NCBI GenBank assembly: GCA_963744345.1
Contig: CAVUTD010000013.1
Span: forward strand, 20,415 to 84,414
From: an uncultured Verrucomicrobiae bacterium
GTDB taxonomy: Bacteria > Verrucomicrobiota > Verrucomicrobiia > Chthoniobacterales > Terrimicrobiaceae
Length of the DNA stretch: 64,000 bases
Direction of reading: 5' to 3'
Every line of letters begins with the position of its first letter. Position 1 is the first letter of the stretch. Shown in pieces: positions 30,103 to 38,643 of this stretch. Below the pieces are notes generated by a model that was given only the letters and a program-made list of their open reading frames with translations, was not told where the DNA came from and did not search any database. A program made the translations under genes and the position numbers.

Positions 30103-31149
30103 ATGAGCAACGAGGTCAAAACTCAGACGGCGCAAGCGCCAGTTCCCACGGCGACTCCAGAGAAGAAACGGGGAGGACGCAAAATTCCCACGGAGGTGGG
30201 AATCCTGCTCATTTTGGTCGGCATCGCGGTGCTTTTCGAGATCTGCGGCTGGGTCTTTAAGGGGGACACGTTCCTCTTCAATCCTCAGCGCTTATTCATC
30301 ATTGTTCTTCAGGTCTCGGTCGTTGGCTTGCTTGCCATTGCGGTGACCCAGGTGATCATTACAGGGGGCATCGATCTGTCGTCAGGCTCTGTCCTGGCCA
30401 TCTCGGCGATGGTGGCGGCAAGTCTGGCGCAAACCCCGGAAAACACTCGCGCGGTTTATCCAGCGCTCACCAATCTTCCGTTCATCATTCCACTCCTGGG
30501 AGGTGTTTGCGTGGGGATGCTCGCCGGGTTTGTAAACGGGACGCTGATCGCGCGTACTGGAATTCCGCCTTTCATCGCCACGTTGGGTATGATGGTGGCG
30601 GCCCGCGGGTTCGCGCGTGCCTACACAGGCGGCCAGCCCGTCAGCATGCTGTCGCCAAACTTCACCTGGATCGGATCTGGCTACATGCCTGTGATAATCT
30701 TCCTCGTGACCGCGGTGATATTCCACATTGCGCTACGTTATACGCGCTACGGCAAATTTACCTATGCCATCGGTGCCAATCCGCAGGCCGCGCGAGTCTC
30801 AGGCATCAACGTGGGCCGTCACCTGATCATCGTGTACACGATTGCGGGCCTGCTATCCGGGCTCGCTGGAGTCGTTACCGCGGCTCGCGCGTCGACCGGT
30901 CAGGCCGGCATGGGCTTGGGCTATGAACTTGATGCGATCGCTGCAACCGTGATCGGCGGCACGAGCCTTACCGGCGGAATCGGCCGCATTTGGGGCACCG
31001 TCATCGGTATGGGAATCCTCGGCATCATGACGAGTGGGTTCACCTTTCTCGGCGTCGACGTCTATTACCAGGACATCGTCAAAGGCGTGATCATCGTCGC
31101 TGCGGTAGCCGTAGACATGTACCGCCAGCAGAAGCGCAGGAAGGCCTAA
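30103..31149 (+). CDS. Sugar ABC transporter permease (RbsC type)
   Basis: 348-aa polytopic ORF containing TGGIDLS and the GxxxGGTSLxGG motif (VIGGTSLTGGIG). Confidence 0.88.
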   Translation: MSNEVKTQTAQAPVPTATPEKKRGGRKIPTEVGILLILVGIAVLFEICGWVFKGDTFLFNPQRLFIIVLQVSVVGLLAIAVTQVIITGGIDLSSGSVLAISAMVAASLAQTPENTRAVYPALTNLPFIIPLLGGVCVGMLAGFVNGTLIARTGIPPFIATLGMMVAARGFARAYTGGQPVSMLSPNFTWIGSGYMPVIIFLVTAVIFHIALRYTRYGKFTYAIGANPQAARVSGINVGRHLIIVYTIAGLLSGLAGVVTAARASTGQAGMGLGYELDAIAATVIGGTSLTGGIGRIWGTVIGMGILGIMTSGFTFLGVDVYYQDIVKGVIIVAAVAVDMYRQQKRRKA

Positions 31150-31361
31150 GGACAGCTCACGGGTCGCGGCAAGGCTACGTCTGCCGTGAATGAGGGTGTG
31201 TTGCCATCCAACATGCCTAAGAGTTTGAAATATGAGCACAACCATCGCGTCTTTCCGATGTTCCAGCTTTGTTGTCCCGACTGGAAAGCTCACGATCTCG
31301 AGCCGACAGCTGATTTCGACTTTTTGCCGCAAGACGCCGCTGGTCCAGCAGATTCACAATT

Positions 31362-32525
31362 ATGCCAGATGAGAGTAGGCGAAAAGTGAAGGTAGGCATG
31401 GTTGGCGGGGCGCCGGGCGCCGGCATTGCTGGTTCACACCGGATCGCGATGCGCCTGGATGACAGATACTCTTTGGTCGCAGGCGTCTTCTCACGAAATC
31501 CAGAAAAATCACGCGCTGCCGCCAGGCAGCTGGGAGTTCCTGAGGACCGGGCATATTCCGACTATGCAATCATGGCGGAGGCGGAAAGCAAGCGGGGAGA
31601 CAGGGTCGAGGCGGTGACCATTGTGACACCGACCGACAGCCATTACAAAATCGCTAAGAAGTTCCTGGAATCGCGAATGAATGTCATTTGTGACAAACCG
31701 CTCTGCCTCTCGGTCGCGGAAGCTAAGGAATTGAAAGACCTCGCCGAGCAGAAGGGGCTAATTCTTTGCTTAACGCACAATTATTCCGGTTATGCCATGG
31801 TGCGCCACGCTGCACGCATGGTCAGAAATGGCGATCTGGGAGAGATCAAGGTCGTCCAAGCGGAGCACGCCTCCGGGTGGGCTGCGACGTTGCTGGAAAA
31901 GCAAGGCCACACCCAGGCCGCTTGGAGGATGGATCCCACGTTGCTAGGTGACGCTAGCGTTCTCTATGACCTTGGTACCCATGCCCATCAGTTGACGCGT
32001 TTTATTACCGGTCTTGAGGTCACCGAAGTGGCTGCGGAATTGAGCCAGATCGTAGCAGGTCGAGCGATCAAAGACAACGCGAACTTGTTACTCCGGTTTT
32101 CCAATGGCGCGCGCGGAACTCTTTGGGCTTCGATGGCAGCGGTGGGAAACGAACACGGTCTCCGCATTCGTGTCTACGGAGACCGCGGTAGCCTGGCCTG
32201 GCATCAAGAAGATCCTTATCATCTGCGCTATTCTCCCATTGACGGACCGCCTCAGATCCTCGCGCAAGGCGCGGCTTGGCTCTCCCCGGACGCAGACAAA
32301 TGGACGCGCGCGGGACTCGGGCATCCGGAAGGTTTTTTCGAAGCATTTACCAACCTCTACACGGAAGTGGCCGACGCACTCCTTGCCAAAGCTGAGGGGC
32401 AGGCCTTTGCGAAAGCAGAGCTGGGATTCCCCGATGCGTCAGACGGGCTCTGCGGCGTGGCTTTTGTCGAGGCGGCAATGCGCTCTTATAAAGCTGGAGG
32501 TGCGTGGACGACCTTAGAAACGTAG
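31362..32525 (+). CDS. Gfo/Idh/MocA family oxidoreductase
   Basis: 387-aa ORF with the Rossmann motif VGMVGGAPGAGI and CDKPL. It ends with a TAG at 32523-32525. Confidence 0.85.
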   Translation: MPDESRRKVKVGMVGGAPGAGIAGSHRIAMRLDDRYSLVAGVFSRNPEKSRAAARQLGVPEDRAYSDYAIMAEAESKRGDRVEAVTIVTPTDSHYKIAKKFLESRMNVICDKPLCLSVAEAKELKDLAEQKGLILCLTHNYSGYAMVRHAARMVRNGDLGEIKVVQAEHASGWAATLLEKQGHTQAAWRMDPTLLGDASVLYDLGTHAHQLTRFITGLEVTEVAAELSQIVAGRAIKDNANLLLRFSNGARGTLWASMAAVGNEHGLRIRVYGDRGSLAWHQEDPYHLRYSPIDGPPQILAQGAAWLSPDADKWTRAGLGHPEGFFEAFTNLYTEVADALLAKAEGQAFAKAELGFPDASDGLCGVAFVEAAMRSYKAGGAWTTLET

Positions 32526-33277
32526 TAGAAATAAGTCGAGGGTGGGGAGGGGGAAGTGAGGTGAGGAGTGTAGGGGGAGGTGGGGGGTAGGGTGTGATGA
32601 GGTGAGGAGGAGGGTGAGGAGGGGGGTGGAGTGGGAGGGTGAAGTAGGATGGAGGTGAGGAGTGGGAGGGGGTGGAGTGGGAAGGAGTGTGAGGTGGGGT
32701 GGGGGGGGAGGAGGGTAGAGGTGGTATGTGTTGTGGGGAGATGGGGGGGGGGATGGGGGAGAGATAAGGGGGGTGGAGCATATGTGAAGAGGAGGAGAGT
32801 GGGGAAGGTGGGGGATGGTGAGAAAAGTGCGGGAGGATGAGTGAGAATGTGGAGGAAAATGAAGATGGTGAAGGGAGCGAGGGGAGCGCAAGAGGTGGAG
32901 GGGGAAGGAGCAAGATGCAAGATGGAATGAGTGGATAAAGAGGAGGAGAGGAGGAGATGTGATGATAGAAATGGTGGAGTGATAGAGAAGGAGTGGAAGG
33001 GAGAGATAGGGATGGGGGGGTGGAATGAATGGAGTAGAAGGAGAAGAAGCAAAGAAGTGGGTGAATGCACAAAAGGAGGGTATGGGGAAGCAGGAACGCG
33101 AGAAGATAAGAGGGGCGGGGGGAAGCGCGCAAGCCAGCGGCAACGCGAGGGAGTGAGTAGAACATGGAGAGGAGTGGAGAAAAGACAAGGGAGAAGGAAG
33201 TGAAGAAGAGGAGAGGAAAAAAAGAGAGGAAGTAAAAAAAGGAATGCGAAATAAGTATCTCAGAGAAGAAGGATCTT
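32526..33277 (+). repeat. Cytosine-depleted polypurine low-complexity tract (G-rich grading to A-rich), non-coding
   Basis: Manual count gives about 30 C in about 750 nt. There is no C at all at 32538-32778. G-runs reach 10 nt (32743-32752) and A7 runs occur near 33218-33240. Only degenerate short word repeats are present (GGTGAGGAG, GGAGGAGA x2 at 32942-32957). All three minus-strand frames are open purely because of the composition. Confidence 0.9.
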
Positions 33278-34273
33278 ATGATTAAAGTAGCCGTACTCGG
33301 AACAGGTTTCATTGGTTCTGTTCATGCGAAGAATGTCGCACGTCACCCGGCCACGGATTTGGTTGCCGTATGCGACGTGAACCCGGAAGCCGCCGGGAAG
33401 CTGGCAGCCGCGACAGGAGCCAAGGCGGTGGGCGATGCCGCAGAGATTTTCAAGAACAAGGACGTTGAGGCCGTCTTCATCTGCACGTCAACGAACACCC
33501 ACGTTGATTACCTCAAGCGATCAGCTCAAGCGGGCAAGGCGGTCTATTGCGAAAAGCCAATCGGCTTGGATTATCAGGAAGCGGTTGATGCCGTTAGCGC
33601 GGTCCGTGCGGCGAAGGTCCCCGTTATGCTCGGCTTCAACCGCCGATTCGATCCCAACCATGCCGCGCTGTGCGAAGAGGTTCGGCGCGGTGAAGTCGGA
33701 AATTTGGAGATCATTCAGATGACATCACGTGGCCCAAGCTTGCCCGCGATCAGTTACCTGGCTACTTCGGGAGGTCAACTGCGCGACCAGACGGTTCATT
33801 TCTTCGACCTTTTGCGGTGGATCACCAACGATGAAGCCGAAGAGGTGTTCGCCCTTGGAGCCGCTATGGTAGATCCCAAGGTCGCCGAGGTCGGAGATGT
33901 GGACACCAGCGCCGTAACGATTCGGATGACCTCCGGAGCGCTCTGTCAGATCGACTCTTCTCGACGCACGGGTTACGGATACGATGAACGGATTGAAGTC
34001 TTCGGCTCCAAGGGGATGATTGAATCGCGTCGTCAGCGCGCCCGCGGAGTCTCAAGATATTCGGGCGACAAAGTCATTGAGGATGGCCTCCATGCGGGAT
34101 GGTTCGAGCGGATCGAGCAAAGTTATTATCGCGCTCTGGATTCCTTTGCGGAGGCGATCGCTAAGGGCACTCCACCCAGTCCATCGCTTGAGGATGGCTT
34201 GAGAGCTCAATTGCTGGCCGACAAGGCCACGGAATCGCTAAGGACAGGACGATCAGTCACAGTTGCAAGTTAA
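33278..34273 (+). CDS. iolG: Inositol 2-dehydrogenase-like Gfo/Idh/MocA oxidoreductase
   Basis: 331-aa ORF containing VAVLGTGFIGSVH, YCEKP, GFNRRFDP and SGGQLRDQTVHFFD. Confidence 0.75.
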   Translation: MIKVAVLGTGFIGSVHAKNVARHPATDLVAVCDVNPEAAGKLAAATGAKAVGDAAEIFKNKDVEAVFICTSTNTHVDYLKRSAQAGKAVYCEKPIGLDYQEAVDAVSAVRAAKVPVMLGFNRRFDPNHAALCEEVRRGEVGNLEIIQMTSRGPSLPAISYLATSGGQLRDQTVHFFDLLRWITNDEAEEVFALGAAMVDPKVAEVGDVDTSAVTIRMTSGALCQIDSSRRTGYGYDERIEVFGSKGMIESRRQRARGVSRYSGDKVIEDGLHAGWFERIEQSYYRALDSFAEAIAKGTPPSPSLEDGLRAQLLADKATESLRTGRSVTVAS

Positions 34274-35189
34274 TCACTTCTTAAGGTATTCCTTATAGTT
34301 CTCTTGGGTGACAAGCTCGAAAGGGATCCATACAAAGGGCTCAACTTTCTCGCCCTTGATGAGCTTGACCGCGGTCTCCACGGCACCCTTCCCCTGACCA
34401 TTTCCGTCTTGGAAGACGGTCACATCGAGGTTGCCCTTTTCCATCTCAGCAAGCGCGTCCGGTGTTGCGTCAATTCCCCCGATGACAACTTTCTTTGGAT
34501 CCTTGCCGGACTGCTGCAGCGCGAGGATCGCTCCGATTGCCATCTCGTCGTTATTCGCGGCGACGGCGTCGATCGGCGTTCCGGCAACCAACCAGTTGTT
34601 CATGAGGTCGATGGCCTCGCTCCGCCGGAAGTTAGCGGTTTGCTTTCCGACAATTTTCATCTCCGGGTGTTGGGCGACGACTTTTTCTACGCCCTCGGTG
34701 CGCAAAACGGCGGCCTGGGTCGCCAGTTCGCCCACCATGATGACCATATTGCCCTTGTTGTTCAACAATTTGGCGATCGCCTCGCCCTCGAGCTTACCCT
34801 ACACGTTCGCGGTCAGAGGCACCATAGGCGACGCCCTTGGGCAAAGTTTCCTCAGCAGGCCTAAGGTTGACATAGACCAGAGGAATGCCGGCAGCGGTAA
34901 CAAGCTTCGTCATCTTTGGTGTCGCCGTGGTATCGACAGGGTTGATGATGATCGCATCCATCCCCGCAGTTATGAAATTTTGTATCTGATTGAGCTGCTT
35001 TCCGATATCCCCCGAGGCGTCCTCGAATTGGATATCCACTCCCATCTCCTTTGCTTTTGCGGTCATGGCCTCACGGACTTTGACGAGAAAAAGGTGCTCG
35101 AAGGCGGACAGAGTGACTCCGATTTTTTGGGCCATCGCAGACGTCATTAGTGTGGCAAAAGCCGCGAATGCTATTATCAGGCGTTTCAT
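34274..35189 (-). pseudogene. RbsB-like sugar-binding protein paralog, disrupted by a frameshift plus an in-frame TAG
   Basis: ORFs 34794..35189 (signal peptide plus N-lobe) and 34274..34768 (C-lobe) are colinear with the intact protein at 27482..28405. At the junction, ...YGASD switches frame to ANV-TAG-GKLEGEAIAKLLNNKGN. The TAG is at 34799-34801 and the frame change at about 34808-34815. Confidence 0.8.
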
Positions 35190-35500
35190 CTCATTCTCCT
35201 ACCGTTGACACCCCGACATCGGGTGCAGTTCTTTTTCTTGATTCTTGGGGGCACATCACTACCGCGCCTCTAAACTTTCCGTAACGGCTCGGCGCGCGAT
35301 AAGGTTACGGCAAAAACGTTTAGCACGCAAGAGTGTATTACTACCAGTCCAAGCGACGCGAACGTGCCTAAACCACGCGCTTTTCTGTTCACACTACTAT
35401 TCTGATTGACTTTGGCGGACGACCAGCGTACCAAAATAATCGCGAAGCTGGTCGCTCTCGCTTTCCCTTCTAGCTAAGCAATCAGCGTAGTCATTCTCAA

Positions 35501-36472
35501 ATGAAACTTTGTGCAGTCTCAGACGGTTTAGGGCATCTTCCCTTCGAAGATGCCGCCAAGGCATTCTCAGAACTTGGAATTGCCGCACTGGAAGTTTGCA
35601 TGGGCAATTGGTCCGGGGCTCCGCATGCAGACCTGCAATCCTTGCTCGAGAGCAAGCAGAAGCGTCAAGACTTCCTCTCTGTGCTTGAGCGAAACGAATT
35701 GTCACTGGCGGCCCTCAACTGCAGTGGCAATCAGCTTCACCCGGTCGAAGGGGAGCGGCACAGCAAGGTTGTCTATGATACGGTGCGGCTCGCTGAACTG
35801 CTCGACGTTCAAACGATTGTCCTGATGTCTGGTTTGCCAGCCGGAGGACCGTCGGACGTGAGACCAAATTGGATCACGTGCGCCTGGCCGCCGGAGAAGG
35901 GCGAGATTCTAGACTGGCAATGGAACGAGAAATTGCTGCCCTACTGGACAAAGCTTGCCGCGGCGGCCAAAGATTGCGGCGTTACAAAGCTTTGCATCGA
36001 GATGCACGGTGATCAACTCGTCTACAACGTTCCGACGCTACTGAAGCTGCGAAAGGCGGTCGGGCAGGTTGTCGGCGCCAATTTTGACCCAAGCCACCTA
36101 TTCTGGATGGGCGCCGATCCCCTGGCCGCCATTCCTGCCCTCGGTGATGCCATTCATCATGTGCACGCCAAGGACACAATGATGAATGATCCCGCGCTCA
36201 ACCTAACTGGCCGCCTTGAAACCATTGGACACGAGAACGTCAAAGATCGCGCCTGGAGCTACATCACCGTCGGCTATGGCCATGACGAAAAATGGTGGCG
36301 TGAGTTCTGCTATCGGTTGCGCCTCAACGGCTATGACGGCTGGTTGTCGATTGAGCATGAGGATATTGTTCTTTCGCGCATGGAGGGAATGCGCCGGTCG
36401 GTTGATCTTCTCCAACGGGTCTTGCTTGACGAGCCGAGCGACTATGCCATGCCGGGCCCTCCCGGTGGATGA
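35501..36472 (+). CDS. Sugar phosphate isomerase/epimerase (xylose-isomerase-like TIM barrel)
   Basis: 323-aa ORF with metal-ligand contexts typical of the fold (IEMHG, FDPSH, HVHAKD, SIEHED). Confidence 0.75.
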   Translation: MKLCAVSDGLGHLPFEDAAKAFSELGIAALEVCMGNWSGAPHADLQSLLESKQKRQDFLSVLERNELSLAALNCSGNQLHPVEGERHSKVVYDTVRLAELLDVQTIVLMSGLPAGGPSDVRPNWITCAWPPEKGEILDWQWNEKLLPYWTKLAAAAKDCGVTKLCIEMHGDQLVYNVPTLLKLRKAVGQVVGANFDPSHLFWMGADPLAAIPALGDAIHHVHAKDTMMNDPALNLTGRLETIGHENVKDRAWSYITVGYGHDEKWWREFCYRLRLNGYDGWLSIEHEDIVLSRMEGMRRSVDLLQRVLLDEPSDYAMPGPPGG

Positions 36473-36600
36473 TGTCCGTGCCTCAGGCGGCGCCGCTAGC
36501 ATAAGAAGCACTTCTGGCGCACACAGTCATTCGCCGCCCCCTACCCTAGGTAAACTGAATCAACACACAAACGCCTTAACAGGCTACAGGAAACGTCACC

Positions 36601-37435
36601 ATGAGATTTTCGATTTGCGCCTGGACGTTTGGGAACACGCCAATTGACAAAGTGTTCGAACTCGTTTCCTCGGCAGGCTATAAATCAATTGACTTAACAG
36701 CTACAGTGGACGCTTGTGATTGGCCTCAAGCCGCTCGACTGGGCGAGAGATTCTCTCTTGAAATCAGCGGCCTCACGTGTGACAGCGGTTGGCCGACTGA
36801 GGATCATGACTTAGCAAATAAAGACGCGTCGAACCGACAAAAGGCTGTCGACTATTTTAAACGCCAGATCGAATGCGTCAGAATCGTTGGAGGTGACTAC
36901 TTGATCGTTGTTCCTTCTGCCGTAGGCAAGTTTCGTTCGATGGCAGGCGATACCAGTGAAGACTGGAAATGGGCCGTTGAATCCGTCGGCAATCTTACGG
37001 AGACTGCGGCGAGCAATCAGGTGGCCCTCGTGATCGAGCCGCTCAATCGCTATGAAAGTTGTGTCGTCAATACCGCTGAAGATGTGTCGCGATTTGTGAC
37101 GGAGGTAAACCATCCAAACGTAAGGGCATTGTTGGACACCTATCATATGAATATTGAAGAATCCGACATGGAGAACGCCTTTCTAACCGTGCGGGATTGC
37201 GTGGAAGTTGTTCATTTTGCCGATAGTAATCGACGTGCCCTCGGTCGAGGGACATATCGATTTCCGGCCCGTGGTAGCCGGCATGAAGGCAATCGGCTTC
37301 GACAAGACCATCGTCCTCGAGTGCACCGCGCCGGGTCCCGATCCGTTCAGAGCCGACAAAGGCGACGCGACGACGCAAACCATGGCACAATATGCAGAGG
37401 AATCACTCGCTAAGCTAAAAGAGTGGTTTACTTGA
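36601..37435 (+). pseudogene. Ketose 3-epimerase-like (D-tagatose/D-psicose 3-epimerase family) TIM-barrel protein, 1-nt frameshift near 37258-37263
   Basis: ORF 36601..37413 carries EPLNRYES...LDTYHMNIEE...VHFADSNRRALGRG and then goes out of frame. ORF 37208..37435 supplies the expected continuation HIDFRPVVAGMKAIGFDKTIVLE. Confidence 0.75.
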
Positions 37436-37511
37436 ACGCTCGCCATGACTCATTTATCATGGCCGTCCCGGTGTTGGAAGGCGCTTACTTCAAACAGGAA
37501 GAACCAAGGAA

Positions 37512-38505
37512 ATGTCTAGAGTAAGGATTGGGATTTTGGGGGCCGGCTTTATTGCCAAGGTGCATATCGGGAATTTGAAAAATGATGAACGCGTCGAAAT
37601 TGCTAGTGTAGTCGACTTGTATTTGGATAAAGCTAAGACGCTTGCCAAGGAAGCGGGACCTCAGGCGAACGCTTTCAGTTCCTTGGACGAGCTATTCGCA
37701 CAGTGAGGTAGACGCGGTCTACGTGACAACGCCTAACACGTTACATGTCGAACCGGTTCTCAAATGCCTGGAAAACAACGTGAACGTATTCTGCGAAAAG
37801 CCAATGGCTACTTCGTTGCGTGAGGCGGAACAAATCAAGGAGGCACAGGCAAAGTCCAAAGGGATTTACAATCTTGGGATGAATATGAGGTATGGTTATG
37901 TCTTTAAGAGAGTAAAAGAGCTAATCGACTCGGGAGAGGTGACGCCTTATATGGTGAACGTAAAACTGAACCGTGGAGAGCTGCTGAATCCGCCGTGGAC
38001 GGCGGACCCTAAAGTGACGGGAGGTTTTCTTTATGAAACGCCGATTCATTTGTTCGACATCTGTCGGTACCTGTTTGGGGAAGTGGCCACCGTGAAGTGC
38101 GAGGCAAGACAGAGTATTTCGCAATCTGAGTTTGATGATTTCGCCGTCCTGCTTACTTTTGAATCCGGGACGATTGGGACCTTCGTAACCTCTGCGCATG
38201 CGGGATGGAGTTATCCTTTTCAGAGGTTGGAGATTTATGGCAAATACTCCACCATCGCAGTGGAAGATATGGAGAAAGTAATTTACGCCCCGGGTCTGAA
38301 GCGGGCAACGGAGGAAAGCGATTTTAAACAGGTTCCCTTTGAGGAAAAATGGGGATATGTTGAAGAAGACCGTCTATTTGTTGATGCGATTCTCAATGGG
38401 ACCAAACCTCCTGTTACGGCAGACGACGGATATCTTTTGAGCAGGCTATTGGATGGAATCTACGAGAGCGCCAAAACAGGTAATCAATTGGATTTTCGTC
38501 AATGA
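37512..38505 (+). pseudogene. Gfo/Idh/MocA oxidoreductase split by a frameshift near 37690-37705
   Basis: ORF 37512..37706 holds the Rossmann N-terminus (IGILGAGFIAKVH...SSLDELFAQ-stop). ORF 37642..38505 continues with SEVDAVYVTTPNTLH...FCEKPMA. Confidence 0.8.
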
Positions 38506-38643
38506 TCTTTGGCGCGAAAGACTAAGATTTGACGCGGAAATCGTATCAGCGCTCGCGAGCGAATGGTTTTCACAGAACTATGACTACCCAGCGCGCCGAA
38601 GCTTAAGGGCTCTGCAAACGCCCGCCCGACCTGTGGCAGGCGA

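Noticed and set aside
32347-33312. Three long overlapping minus-strand ORFs (321, 224 and 194 aa; Pro/Ser/Leu/His-rich) and two plus-strand ORFs (32649..32840 and 32931..33203; Gly/Glu/Arg/Lys-rich) across the purine tract.
   Set aside because: All three frames are open at once only because the pyrimidine-rich complement can hardly form stop codons. The translations are pure low complexity. They run into the flanking real genes in antisense or out of frame. They have no plausible starts or RBS.
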